A stretch of DNA of 64,000 nt from an uncultured Gammaproteobacteria bacterium (GCA_964412165.1 CAYPMW010000001.1:16316-80315), one strand, 5' to 3'. Positions 20,767 to 30,743 are shown, counted from the stretch's first letter. The notes: a model not told the origin generated them from the letters alone. Made by a program: numbers and translations.

Positions 20767-21860
20767 GAATTGGTATCGATGCACGATTATGGAATGAAAC
20801 TGGTGTGGGGAGGTACATCAGAGCATTAGTAAAATATTTACAAAAAATTGATGATAAAAATGAATATATACTGTTTGTTAAAAAAAATGAATATGATTCT
20901 TTACAATTGACAAATGCTCGATGGCGGCTGTTGCTTGCAGATATAAACTGGCATACACTTTCCGAACAATTTGATATACCAAAATTATATATGCAAGCCC
21001 ACCTAGACCTGGTGCATATCCCTTATTTTTCTGTTCCTTATTTTATTTCAAATTCTTTTATTGTCACCATTCATGATTTGACAATATCCAATTTTGCCAC
21101 AGGAAAAGCGACTACCAAACCATGGCCTATATATTTATTAAAAAGACTAGGATATCAGTTTGTACTTTCACATGCACTTTCTAAAGCCAAGCTCATCATC
21201 ACTGTGTCACAAACAGTCAAAAATCAGATTCTTGATACTTATCCGGTAAAGGCGGATAAAATACATGTCACCTATGAGGCGGGAGAACTGGAATATAATT
21301 CAAAAGGCAATACTCGTGTTCCTAAAAAATACATCCTGTACGTCGGTAATGCACATCCACATAAAAATTTAGAACGATTACTGGGTGCATTTAATACATT
21401 AGCTCACATTAATAAAGATTTAAAATTGGTGCTTATTGGAAAACACGATTATTTCTACCAGAGACTCATGAAAAAAATCTCGGACAGGAAGTTACCAGGT
21501 GTAATATTTGTAGGCACAGTTAATAATGGTGAATTGAATATTTGGTATAAACATGCTTTGTGTCTTGTATTTCCTTCTCTATCAGAAGGATTTGGCATCC
21601 CAGGACTTGAGGCAATGGGTTGTGGATGTCCAGTGGTTGCCTCTGATCTACCAATCTTTCATGAAATATATCATGACGCGGCACTTTATTTTGATCCGGG
21701 AGACACTCTTGATATTTCAAATTCTATTCAATCACTGATCGTTGATCAAAAAAAACGCTCAGCCTTAATCAGTAAGGGTAAGCAAATCTTCAAGCTGTAC
21801 AGTTGGGAAAAAATGGCGAGAGAAACTAATATTTTATATGAAAGTAGCACTCGTTTATGA
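20763..21860 (+). CDS. GT4 glycosyltransferase
   Basis: N-terminus MRIGIDAR; C-terminus SEGFGIPGLEAMGCGCPVVASDL. There is an ATGA overlap with the upstream gene. Confidence 0.7.
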   Translation: MRIGIDARLWNETGVGRYIRALVKYLQKIDDKNEYILFVKKNEYDSLQLTNARWRLLLADINWHTLSEQFDIPKLYMQAHLDLVHIPYFSVPYFISNSFIVTIHDLTISNFATGKATTKPWPIYLLKRLGYQFVLSHALSKAKLIITVSQTVKNQILDTYPVKADKIHVTYEAGELEYNSKGNTRVPKKYILYVGNAHPHKNLERLLGAFNTLAHINKDLKLVLIGKHDYFYQRLMKKISDRKLPGVIFVGTVNNGELNIWYKHALCLVFPSLSEGFGIPGLEAMGCGCPVVASDLPIFHEIYHDAALYFDPGDTLDISNSIQSLIVDQKKRSALISKGKQIFKLYSWEKMARETNILYESSTRL

Positions 21861-22941
21861 TCACGTTAATAAAATAGGAGGAGCTGAAAGAATTTTAATA
21901 TTGCTTCATGAAATTTATCCCGAAGCTCCTCTTTATACCGCTGTATATAATAAAAGCGATGCCCAGTGGGCCTCTGTATTTAAAGTTACACCCTCCTTCA
22001 TGCAGTATTTACCCTTTGCAAAATCTAATCATGAGTTTTACCCTTGTTTGCCAATTTTTGCGTTTGAACATTTCCGTTTTGATTCATACGACGTGATAAT
22101 ATCGGTAACATCTGCTGAAGCAAAATGTATTATTACTTCGCCAAATACACTCCATATATGCTATTTACTGACCCCCACTAGATTTATTTGGACTCATTTT
22201 ACTGATTATTTTAAAAATCCATATCTCAAAACTCTCGGATTACCTTTTGTCTCGGCGATGCGTATATGGGATCAATTCGTCTCTCGGCGTCCAGATAAGT
22301 ATGTAGCCATTTCTCAAACAGTAGCCAAACGCATTGAAAAATACTATAATATTTCCCCGCTAATAGTTTATCCCGGCGTAGATGCTGATAGTTATCGGCC
22401 TCTGAACATGCAAAAAAAATCAGGTAAATACTTTCTGATCGTTTCACGTTTAGTTTCGTACAAGCGGATTGATATTGCCATAGAAGCATGTAATGCACTA
22501 CAAATCCCGTTGGTTATTATAGGTAAAGGGAAGGATTATAATGCTTTGCACTCTAGAGCTGGTAGGACAATCTTATTTGTTCATAGCTTGACCGATGATG
22601 AGCTTATTTCGTATTATCAAAATTGTCGTGCATTGATTTTTCCGCAGGAGGAAGATTTCGGTTTAACCGCAGTTGAAGCACTAGCCTGTGGAAAACCGGT
22701 AATCGCATTTCGGAGCGGGGGAGCACTGGAAATAATATCCGAGGGGCTTACGGGAGAATTTTTTTCCCCTCAGACAGCGGAGGCGTTAATAGAAGTTTTG
22801 AAACATTTTGATGAAAAAAAATACGCTGCGTCAGCATGCCGGAATCGTTCACTACGATTTTCAAAAAACCTATTTGTCAAGGAATTTTCGCAGCTGGTGA
22901 AGGAAGAATGGAATCGATTTAAAGATTCCTTATATATATGA
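21838..22941 (+). CDS. GT-B (GT4-like) glycosyltransferase
   Basis: N-terminus MKVALVYDHVNKIGGAERILI; C-terminus EDFGLTAVEALACGKPVIA. Confidence 0.55.
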   Translation: MKVALVYDHVNKIGGAERILILLHEIYPEAPLYTAVYNKSDAQWASVFKVTPSFMQYLPFAKSNHEFYPCLPIFAFEHFRFDSYDVIISVTSAEAKCIITSPNTLHICYLLTPTRFIWTHFTDYFKNPYLKTLGLPFVSAMRIWDQFVSRRPDKYVAISQTVAKRIEKYYNISPLIVYPGVDADSYRPLNMQKKSGKYFLIVSRLVSYKRIDIAIEACNALQIPLVIIGKGKDYNALHSRAGRTILFVHSLTDDELISYYQNCRALIFPQEEDFGLTAVEALACGKPVIAFRSGGALEIISEGLTGEFFSPQTAEALIEVLKHFDEKKYAASACRNRSLRFSKNLFVKEFSQLVKEEWNRFKDSLYI

Positions 22942-24020
22942 AAACTGTTATTTTTGCGGGTGGGGTAGGCACCAGATTATGGCCACTGTCTCGCAAACAT
23001 TCTCCGAAGCAATTTGAAAAAATCATCGGTGATAAATCAACACTGCAGCTTGCTGCACACCGACTTCAACCAGATTTCAATTGGTCAGATATATATGTTT
23101 CAACTGGTATTTCCTATATCAATATCGTAAAAACGCAACTTCCTCAGATTCCTCCGGGTAATATTATTGGGGAGCCGAAAATGCGTGATGTGGGACCGGC
23201 GGTAGGGCTGATGACCTCGATTCTAGCAAAAGAATCACCCTATGAGCCTATGTTGATTTTATGGAGCGATCATCTCGTAAAAAATGAAGAACTTTTTCGA
23301 AAAATACTGTCTGTAGCTGGTAATTTTATTAAAAAGGATTATGAAAAAATAATTTTTATTTCACAAAGACCGCGGTTTGCGAGTGAAAATCTGGGATGGA
23401 TTGAATACGGTGACATCGTATCTACTGTGCAGGGTATACATTTTAATACATTTATCGATTTTCAATACCGTCCTGATGCTGCTACAGCACAAAAGTATTT
23501 TAAAAGCGGTCAACATGCATGGAATTTAGGCTATTTTATTACTACTCCAAAATATTTATGGGATCAATATGAGCGTTTTGCACCAAATCTCCATAAAAAC
23601 ATTCAGAAGATACAAAGAGCATGGGGTACTGATAATTTCAGTGATACCATGGATACAATTTATCCACAGCTTGAGAAAATCTCCTTCGATAATGCCATAC
23701 TTGAAAAACTTAATCCTTCTCAGGCACTGGTGATTTCAGAAAATATAGGATGGAGTGATATAGGTGCATGGGAGGCGCTAAAAGAAGCGCAAGAAAATAC
23801 AGCTGATAAAAATGTGACACAGGGGAAGGTGCTTCTCACTGATACCAGAGATTCTTTAATTTATAATTTTACAGATCAAACTGTAGTGACTATCGATTTG
23901 GACGCTGTTTTGGTGATAAATACGGACGATATAATTCTAGTATGTAAAAAATCTTCCGTACCCAAAATCAAAAAGTTAGTAGAAAGTTTTTCGAACACAG
24001 AGAACGAAAAGTTCACCTAA
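22938..24020 (+). CDS. Mannose-1-phosphate guanylyltransferase-like NDP-sugar pyrophosphorylase
   Basis: N-terminus MKTVIFAGGVGTRLWPLSRKHSPKQF (G-rich nucleotidyltransferase loop); length and layout are ManC/CpsB-like. Confidence 0.6.
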   Translation: MKTVIFAGGVGTRLWPLSRKHSPKQFEKIIGDKSTLQLAAHRLQPDFNWSDIYVSTGISYINIVKTQLPQIPPGNIIGEPKMRDVGPAVGLMTSILAKESPYEPMLILWSDHLVKNEELFRKILSVAGNFIKKDYEKIIFISQRPRFASENLGWIEYGDIVSTVQGIHFNTFIDFQYRPDAATAQKYFKSGQHAWNLGYFITTPKYLWDQYERFAPNLHKNIQKIQRAWGTDNFSDTMDTIYPQLEKISFDNAILEKLNPSQALVISENIGWSDIGAWEALKEAQENTADKNVTQGKVLLTDTRDSLIYNFTDQTVVTIDLDAVLVINTDDIILVCKKSSVPKIKKLVESFSNTENEKFT

Positions 24021-24656
24021 ATGTATACTTTAATAAAACGTGTAATTGATATTTTAGGAGGAGTTCTATTGACGATTATTTTTTCCATACCCGCACTAAT
24101 AGTCGTAATAGCCATTAAATTTGATTCACCAGGTCCTGTGCTTGCGGATACTCCTGAACGTGTAGGTCAAAATGGAAAATTGTTTAAATTATTTAAATTT
24201 CGTTCAATGATAATGAATGCTCATCATCTTCTCCATAACGACCCTAAATTTAATAAATTATATAAACAGTATAAAAAAAATAGTTATAAACTTTATCAAG
24301 ACCCCAGAGTTACACAGGTGGGAAAGTTTATCAGAAAACACTCGCTTGATGAATTACCTCAGCTATTCAATGTTATCAGAGGGGATATGAGTCTTGTTGG
24401 GCCAAGGCCATATTATCCAGATGAATTAGTCGAACAGCAAAAAAAATATCCTCACACTCGAGAATTAGTCGAAATTGTTTTATCTGCAAAACCAGGGATT
24501 ACTGGTGAATGGCAGGTATCAGGGAGAAGTGAAGTCAATTTCGATAAGCGGATTAAAATTGATGCAGAATATGTGAAACGAAAATCTCTCCTACATGATC
24601 TTAAGATTTTACTCAAGAGTCCATTAGCCATGATTACAGGAAAAGGAGCTGTTTGA
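24021..24656 (+). CDS. Priming phosphoglycosyl transferase (bacterial sugar transferase family, small PglC/WbaP-C type)
   Basis: A single N-terminal helix followed by KLFKLFKFRSM...DELPQLFNVIRGDMSLVGPRP, the signature of undecaprenyl-phosphate sugar-1-phosphate transferases. Confidence 0.75.
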   Translation: MYTLIKRVIDILGGVLLTIIFSIPALIVVIAIKFDSPGPVLADTPERVGQNGKLFKLFKFRSMIMNAHHLLHNDPKFNKLYKQYKKNSYKLYQDPRVTQVGKFIRKHSLDELPQLFNVIRGDMSLVGPRPYYPDELVEQQKKYPHTRELVEIVLSAKPGITGEWQVSGRSEVNFDKRIKIDAEYVKRKSLLHDLKILLKSPLAMITGKGAV

Positions 24657-24703
24657 ATTATTAGACCGTATAGATTATATTTATATTTTTGTAATGCGAA
24701 TGT

Positions 24704-26746
24704 ATGAAAAACTTATTCCCAACGTTAAAATTATCTCATGAAAGCGAAGTTATTACACCCCAACTTGAGCCAAAAACCAATACAGAAACATCTCAAGGTG
24801 ATGTATTGATTAGGAAACTGAGTATTTCTTCTAGTATAAAACCCAAGCGTAAATTTGGGATCTTCAAGAGAATACTCCTGGTTATAATACTTATGATTAT
24901 CGTTACAGGAGGAATAAGTATTATATGGGGAGTATTACCTGCGAAAAAAGCATACGATGAAGGAAATAAATTAATTACTGTAGGTAAAGAACTCTCGGAT
25001 TCGCTAAAAAATCAGGATTTGGAACAAGCAAAACAGAAATTACCAGAGGTACGCAGTCAGCTTGAAAGAACTCAAACCGCATGGAGTGGGGTATATCTAC
25101 TTAAATTTGTTCCTTATCTTAATTTATACCATCAGGATGTGGCACATGGCTTAAATGCGGCTTTATACGGCTTAGAAGCACTTGATACCTCAATTTCGGC
25201 GATTGAGCCTTACGCTGATCTTCTTGGGCTTAAAGCAGGTTCAAGTTTCGTATCCGGTTCGGCGGATGAACGGTTACAGCTGGCTGTGAAAACCATGGAC
25301 AAAGTAACTCCTAAGATCAAAGATATAGCCGCCAGCATTGTGAAACTCCAGGAAGAGATTAGTTTAGTTGATCCTAAGAGATATCCTGAAAAAATTAAAG
25401 GTATTTCCGTTAGACCTCGTATTATCGATGGCAAACAGTTAATAGACGACTCGGCAAATTTATTTTTGAGTGCTCAACCACTGCTGGAAATATTACCCCA
25501 GCTTCTCGGAGAACCGGCGTCAAAAAAATATTTGGTTATCTTTCAAAATGACAAAGAATTACGGCCAACTGGTGGTTTTATGACCGCATACGCGATTTTT
25601 AAGATCGAACAGGGAAAATTTATTGTGGAAAAATCAGAAGATATTTATGAGCTTGATAATCGCATTAAAACAAAACGACCTGCTCCTCTGGAAATTCTCA
25701 CCTATCACAAAGAAGTTTATTCATTGTATATCAGAGACAGCAATTTATCTCCAGATTTCCGGATGTCGATGGCGACATTTCAGGAAATGTACCCTGATAA
25801 ATTTGATTTTGACGGAATTATTGCTGTAGATACCCATGTTCTTGTTGAGGCAATTAAAATACTCGGGTCATTCAATATATCAGGAAGAGAGTTTAGTGCA
25901 GAAATCGATAAGCGCTGCGAATGTCCCAAGGTCATTTATGAACTTGAAGATTACGCCACCCGCCCAGTTGCCTATGTGCGAGATACGCGAAAGGATATCA
26001 TAGGACAACTCCTTTATGAAATCATGAAAAAAGCTTTGGGTGTGTCACCGTCCCAGTATTGGGGAAACCTTTTCCAGATGGGACTTCGTGAAATAAATGA
26101 AAAACATATTCTGGCGTGGATGAAAGATGAAAAAGCACAACAAGGTATCGAATCGCTCAATATGGGAGGACGAATTGCCGGAGAAAACATCATTTTAGAG
26201 TACAAAGACAATCAAGGGTGGGACTATATACATATCAATGATTCTAATATGGCAGGGGCAAAATCAAACTTATTCGTACATCATTTTGTCACCCAGAATT
26301 ATGAGGTCGTTGGAGACGGAGAAATCGTCAAAACAGTTACGCTTCAATACAAAAATCCGTATCCCCATTCGGATTGTGGTTTAGAATCAGGGGGGTTATG
26401 TTTAAATGCTTTACTAAGAAACTGGTTTAGGGTATATGTACCTAAAGGAAGTGTACTCATAGAAAGTAAAGGTAGTCAATCACCCAAAGATGGAAAAAGC
26501 GAAGTTGTCAAGGTGAAAGAAGAGCTAGGTAAAACCGTTCTTGAAGGATTTACTGAAGTTAAGCCGTTAGGGAAAGCAGAAGTGGTGATAAAATATAGAT
26601 TACCAATGAGAAAAACAGGAGAGCTTAAATCACTTATACAAAAACAGCCGGGAACAGATGGTCATCAGTATCATATAGAAGTTATGGGTAAAGAGATTGC
26701 TAAATTTAATTTAACGACCGATAAAGTCATCACTGTACCCTTATGA
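24704..26746 (+). CDS. DUF4012-like membrane-anchored extracytoplasmic protein
   Basis: One N-terminal TM helix followed by a 600-aa domain containing LVIFQNDKELRPTGGFMTAYA, which is reminiscent of DUF4012 family proteins. The family assignment is from memory. Confidence 0.45.
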   Translation: MKNLFPTLKLSHESEVITPQLEPKTNTETSQGDVLIRKLSISSSIKPKRKFGIFKRILLVIILMIIVTGGISIIWGVLPAKKAYDEGNKLITVGKELSDSLKNQDLEQAKQKLPEVRSQLERTQTAWSGVYLLKFVPYLNLYHQDVAHGLNAALYGLEALDTSISAIEPYADLLGLKAGSSFVSGSADERLQLAVKTMDKVTPKIKDIAASIVKLQEEISLVDPKRYPEKIKGISVRPRIIDGKQLIDDSANLFLSAQPLLEILPQLLGEPASKKYLVIFQNDKELRPTGGFMTAYAIFKIEQGKFIVEKSEDIYELDNRIKTKRPAPLEILTYHKEVYSLYIRDSNLSPDFRMSMATFQEMYPDKFDFDGIIAVDTHVLVEAIKILGSFNISGREFSAEIDKRCECPKVIYELEDYATRPVAYVRDTRKDIIGQLLYEIMKKALGVSPSQYWGNLFQMGLREINEKHILAWMKDEKAQQGIESLNMGGRIAGENIILEYKDNQGWDYIHINDSNMAGAKSNLFVHHFVTQNYEVVGDGEIVKTVTLQYKNPYPHSDCGLESGGLCLNALLRNWFRVYVPKGSVLIESKGSQSPKDGKSEVVKVKEELGKTVLEGFTEVKPLGKAEVVIKYRLPMRKTGELKSLIQKQPGTDGHQYHIEVMGKEIAKFNLTTDKVITVPL

Positions 26747-27297
26747 CAAGAACTTATAAAACACAAGGTATTATATTATCTCGTCAAAATACAGGTGAAG
26801 CTGACCGAATTATCACACTTTTCAGTAAGCATTTCGGTAAGAAAGTACTCCGTGCGAAAGGCATTAGGAAAATTAAAAGCCGGCGTGCACCATATTTAGA
26901 ACCTTTTTCCCATGTTGATATTTTTTGTCATAAGGGTAAATCATTGGATATCATCACCGAAGTTCAATCGATTGAACCGTATTCATTCATAAGAAGCCGA
27001 CTCGAGAGAGTGGGCTTTGCTTTAAGCGTTCTTGAAATAGTGGATAGATTAACTCCACAACATCAAGAATCAATCGAAGTTTACCTTAAATTAATAGAGT
27101 TTCTCGCCTATCTTAACGATCCAATTACCACTAGAGTTCAGGTAGAATTAATGCTTAAAAATTTTAAACGGAATATACTCATTAGTTTGGGTTTTCTGAA
27201 TAGTGAAAGTATGATAGCAAACACTGATCGTTTGATAGAGTCAATATCTGAGAGAAAACTCAAAAGTCCGCAATTATTGATGTCTTTAAGCCCATAA
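26743..27297 (+). CDS. recO: DNA repair protein RecO (short form)
   Basis: The N-terminal OB-fold pattern KTQGIILSRQNTGEADRIITLFSKHFGK...PFSHVDI. At 184 aa it is shorter than typical RecO. Confidence 0.55.
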   Translation: MTRTYKTQGIILSRQNTGEADRIITLFSKHFGKKVLRAKGIRKIKSRRAPYLEPFSHVDIFCHKGKSLDIITEVQSIEPYSFIRSRLERVGFALSVLEIVDRLTPQHQESIEVYLKLIEFLAYLNDPITTRVQVELMLKNFKRNILISLGFLNSESMIANTDRLIESISERKLKSPQLLMSLSP

Positions 27298-27375
27298 CAG
27301 TAGGGTAAAGATAGAGAACGCTAATTTATAACAGGTTTCACAGACCAATTTTCTGCCCGAGACATCGTATTTGTT

Positions 27376-28551
27376 TTGAAACGAATCTATTTATTTTTCG
27401 TCATCTGGTTTTTTATAACGCAAAGTTTCCAGTGGGTTGCGTATAATAGGCTTAGATTGGTACAGCCGGATAATAAATATTGTAAGCGAGAATATGGTTG
27501 CAATATCTTTATTCCCTCTTCATTTGATTTTCTCACCATGCATTCACGTTGGGATAGTGAATGGTATATCAAAATTGCCCAAACGGGTTATGATTTTTCA
27601 GAAACTGCACAATCAAGTGTGAACTTTTTCCCCTTTTATCCCTGGCTGATTGGTTCACTCTCACATATTATTCCAGATTTTAAAACGGTAAAAAATAGTA
27701 ACTATATTCTCTCTGGTTTTATCATATCCGTTATGTCACTACTGATAGTTATTGGTGTATTATATAACTTATTTCGGGATAAGTGGGGAGTTGAAGTGGC
27801 AGAAAATGCAATTCTGGCAATGCTTACTTTTCCAACCTCTTTTTTCTTCACAGCTGTCTACACAGAATCAGTATTTCTACTCTTTTCCGTTCTCTTATTT
27901 TACTTTTGCAAAAGGAAAAAATTTGTTTGGGCGGCTTTGACTGGATTTTTTGCCGCGCTCACTCGCCCGGTAGGGGTTTTACTCATCATACCCTATAGTA
28001 TAGAACTGGTCTATTCCAGAAAGCTCATTACCAAGAATCAGTTTTATATAGGCCTTTGTAGCTTATTATTTATTACATTAGGGCTGTTTTGGTATATGGT
28101 ACTATTAACATCTCACTATGGTCGGCCGTTTGCATTTATTGAAGCCGCACAGAAATGGGGGAGAGGAAAACCAGCAGAAATAACAAGTTGGGGAAACTAC
28201 ACAAACCTACTAAAATATTTGAATTACGAATACTACTTTTCCGAATCAAGCAGAGCTCACTTGGCACTCGAAACACTTTTTTTAATATTTGGAATTGTGT
28301 TCAGTATAGTGTTAATTATTGACCGAAATATTTCTTATGGTATATGGGCACTTGTTTCAGTACTATTTCCACTATCTAATGGTATCCTTCTCAGCCAAGG
28401 ACGCTATTCCGTCGTAGTTTTTCCCCTGTTTCTTAGTTTAGCTAAAGTAATTACTGGTAATAAATTTCTAACTTTTGGATATTTCACTACTTCAGTACTG
28501 GTATTAAGTTTAGAAACTATATTATTTGTAAATGGCCATTGGGCAGGTTAA
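27376..28551 (+). CDS. GT-C membrane mannosyltransferase-like protein (PIG-V/DUF2029-like)
   Basis: TTG start. The WDSEWYIKIAQTGYDF...NFFPFYPWLIG motif plus 9 or more helices. Confidence 0.5.
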   Translation: MKRIYLFFVIWFFITQSFQWVAYNRLRLVQPDNKYCKREYGCNIFIPSSFDFLTMHSRWDSEWYIKIAQTGYDFSETAQSSVNFFPFYPWLIGSLSHIIPDFKTVKNSNYILSGFIISVMSLLIVIGVLYNLFRDKWGVEVAENAILAMLTFPTSFFFTAVYTESVFLLFSVLLFYFCKRKKFVWAALTGFFAALTRPVGVLLIIPYSIELVYSRKLITKNQFYIGLCSLLFITLGLFWYMVLLTSHYGRPFAFIEAAQKWGRGKPAEITSWGNYTNLLKYLNYEYYFSESSRAHLALETLFLIFGIVFSIVLIIDRNISYGIWALVSVLFPLSNGILLSQGRYSVVVFPLFLSLAKVITGNKFLTFGYFTTSVLVLSLETILFVNGHWAG

Positions 28552-28571
28552 AAAGCTGTATAACACTTGCA

Positions 28572-28599
28572 TTGACAAAAAAAAGGGCTAATTTATAAT
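28572..28599 (+). promoter_or_regulatory. Sigma70-like promoter of glyQS (TTGACA-N16-TATAAT)
   Basis: TTGACA at 28572-77 and TATAAT at 28594-99. Confidence 0.4.
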
Positions 28600-28677
28600 A
28601 ATGTATACGGTAATATCTCAAAAGCATGAGGGTACGGTGTGGTCTATACGCCCTGTATGCATTCGTAACAGGGAAAA

Positions 28678-28732
28678 AGGGTAGTATAACGATTTTTATT
28701 AACTCGTCCCTTATTTCCGGGACGGGTTTTTT
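28678..28732 (+). promoter_or_regulatory. glyQS leader: T-box-like motif plus a terminator/SD-proximal hairpin with a U6 run
   Basis: AGGGTAGTATAACG at 28678-91, then the hairpin CGTCCC(28705-10)/GGGACG(28719-24) and TTTTTT at 28727-32, ending 8 nt before the ATG. The AGGG/CCCT and ACG/CGT alternative pairing mirrors the ileS leader, but the 7-nt bulge TAGTATA does not match tRNA-Gly NCCA. Confidence 0.3.
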
Positions 28733-28739
28733 AGTGAGT

Positions 28740-30143
28740 ATGAATCAATTGGACAAGATAATCAGTTTATGTAAGCGCCGGGGATTTGTCTTTCCCACGA
28801 GCGAAATCTATGGTGGAATGTCAAGCTCGTATGATTACGGTCCATTGGGGGTAGAAATGCTTCGTAGTCTCCGTGATCTTTTTTGGGCAGAATTCGTACA
28901 CAGTCGTGATGATATGGTTGGTCTCGATACGCAAATTCTTCTTCATCCGACTACCTGGATTGCTTCTGGTCATGTGAGTTCTTTCACTGATCCCTTGGTA
29001 GAAGATAAAGTATCTCACAAAAGATACCGTGCAGACCATTTGATTGAAGCATATATTACCGGGCATCCAAATCTCAAAACTGGATCTCACGATCCTAAAA
29101 CTATGACTTTGGATGAGATGGCAAAGTTTATAAAAACATATCTAATAAAAAGTCCTGAAGGGAATGAGATATCCGAGCCAAAGAGATTTAATCTTTTGTT
29201 TGAAACCAAATTGGGTGCGGTAGAAAATACTCAGTCTACACTCTACCTCCGGGGTGAAACTGCGCAGGGAATATTTTCAAATTTTAAAAACGTACTTGAT
29301 TCAACGAGACTAGAACTGCCATTTGGGATTGCCCAAATCGGTAAAGCATTTCGAAACGAAATCACCACAGGACAATTTATATTCCGCACTATTGAACTTG
29401 AACAGGCCGAGATAGAATATTTTTTTAATGCTGACGAAGTGGAATGGCAGAAATTATATGAGTATTGGCGGGAGACGATATGGAATTTCCTGATACATAA
29501 AGTTGGACTCAAGTCAACCCGCCTGCGCTGGAGGAGACATACTGATATAGAAAGAAGCCATTACAGTAAGGAAACATATGATCTCGATTTTGATTATCCG
29601 TTTGGATGGAAGGAACTGTGTGGCTTGGCGTACCGCACAAATTACGACTTGAGTCAACATATGAAATATTCAGGAGCGTCTTTAGAATACGTAGACAAAG
29701 AGACCGGTAGTAAAATCATTCCCCATGTAATTGAACCATCAATAGGACTAAACCGTTTACTATTGTCACTTTTGGTAAATGGTTACTTCGAAGATGGGGA
29801 TCGCGTAGTGCTTAAATTGCACCCTCAAATAGCTCCAATAACAGCGGCAGTTTTTCCATTAGTGGCAAATAAACCTGATTTAGTGCGTAAGGCGCGTGAT
29901 ATATTCAATCGTATGAGGCAGGCAGGGATAAAGACAACCTGGGACGATAGAGGAAATATTGGTAAACGATATTTTTCCCAAGATGAAATCGGAACACCTT
30001 GGTGCATCACTGTGGATTATGATACACTTTCTTTTGATAGCGTCACAGTTCGTGATAGAGATACTAAAAAGCAAGAGCGCGTCGAAATATCTTTGCTACC
30101 TAAATATATAATAAACCGTATGATCCAGAAAGGAGTATTATAA
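28740..30143 (+). CDS. glyQS: Glycine--tRNA ligase, alpha2 (GlyQS) type
   Basis: FPTSEIYGGMSSSYDYGPLGVEMLRSLRDLFW and the class II aaRS core. The start is set at the ATG MNQLD; the track ORF begins further upstream within the leader. Confidence 0.85.
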   Translation: MNQLDKIISLCKRRGFVFPTSEIYGGMSSSYDYGPLGVEMLRSLRDLFWAEFVHSRDDMVGLDTQILLHPTTWIASGHVSSFTDPLVEDKVSHKRYRADHLIEAYITGHPNLKTGSHDPKTMTLDEMAKFIKTYLIKSPEGNEISEPKRFNLLFETKLGAVENTQSTLYLRGETAQGIFSNFKNVLDSTRLELPFGIAQIGKAFRNEITTGQFIFRTIELEQAEIEYFFNADEVEWQKLYEYWRETIWNFLIHKVGLKSTRLRWRRHTDIERSHYSKETYDLDFDYPFGWKELCGLAYRTNYDLSQHMKYSGASLEYVDKETGSKIIPHVIEPSIGLNRLLLSLLVNGYFEDGDRVVLKLHPQIAPITAAVFPLVANKPDLVRKARDIFNRMRQAGIKTTWDDRGNIGKRYFSQDEIGTPWCITVDYDTLSFDSVTVRDRDTKKQERVEISLLPKYIINRMIQKGVL

Positions 30144-30181
30144 AAAACAAAACTGCGATTATAATCACTGCAATAGTACTG

Positions 30182-30601
30182 TTGATAATAATTGGAGGAG
30201 GATACACTGTCATTAAATTTTTCGCATCAAACTCAAAGGTTCAACCGTTGCCCATTGAAACCACTTCACCAAACGTGTACGAACTTGATCCCTCCGTCAC
30301 CGTAGAGCTTACACCGAGGGCTGACAAAAAAGCTGTGAATTTAAGTATCACTAATATACCTCAGGATACCTCACAAATAGAATATGAATTGAGTTATTTG
30401 ACGGGTAACGAATTACCAAAAGGTGCAGTAGGAACTATACGAGTTGATAGTCAGTCGACAATAGAACGAGAAATACTTCTGGGAACATGTTCTAAAAATA
30501 CCTGTACCTATGATGAAGGGGTGAAAAGTGTTACTCTCGTTTTACGCTTCAGTGGTTTACAGGGAATAGCTCAATTTATAAGAGAGTATTCGCTTGATTA
30601 G
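30182..30601 (+). CDS. Hypothetical small membrane-anchored protein
   Basis: The frame is open back to 30146 and encodes a hydrophobic helix (AIIITAIVLLIIIGGG) before a polar domain. The start codon is uncertain: TTG at 30182, or a non-canonical start upstream. Confidence 0.35.
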   Translation: MIIIGGGYTVIKFFASNSKVQPLPIETTSPNVYELDPSVTVELTPRADKKAVNLSITNIPQDTSQIEYELSYLTGNELPKGAVGTIRVDSQSTIEREILLGTCSKNTCTYDEGVKSVTLVLRFSGLQGIAQFIREYSLD

Positions 30602-30743
30602 GTCTCAGTCTCAAGTCTTAGAGGACCAAATAATTCTTGGGAATTTTCTCCAGCCTAATTATAACGTACTTTTTTTTACTCTACATATAGTGTTTCTTCA
30701 GTGGTGAAAACCCCTTGACTTTATTCACGTAAAAAAGGCAAAA

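Noticed and set aside
30602-30700. Possible terminator after the small hypothetical gene (GGTCTC...GAGGACC, then a T9 run at 30671-79)
   Set aside because: The stem pairing is poor (4-5 bp) and the T-run is separated from it by about 40 nt. This is not a convincing intrinsic terminator.
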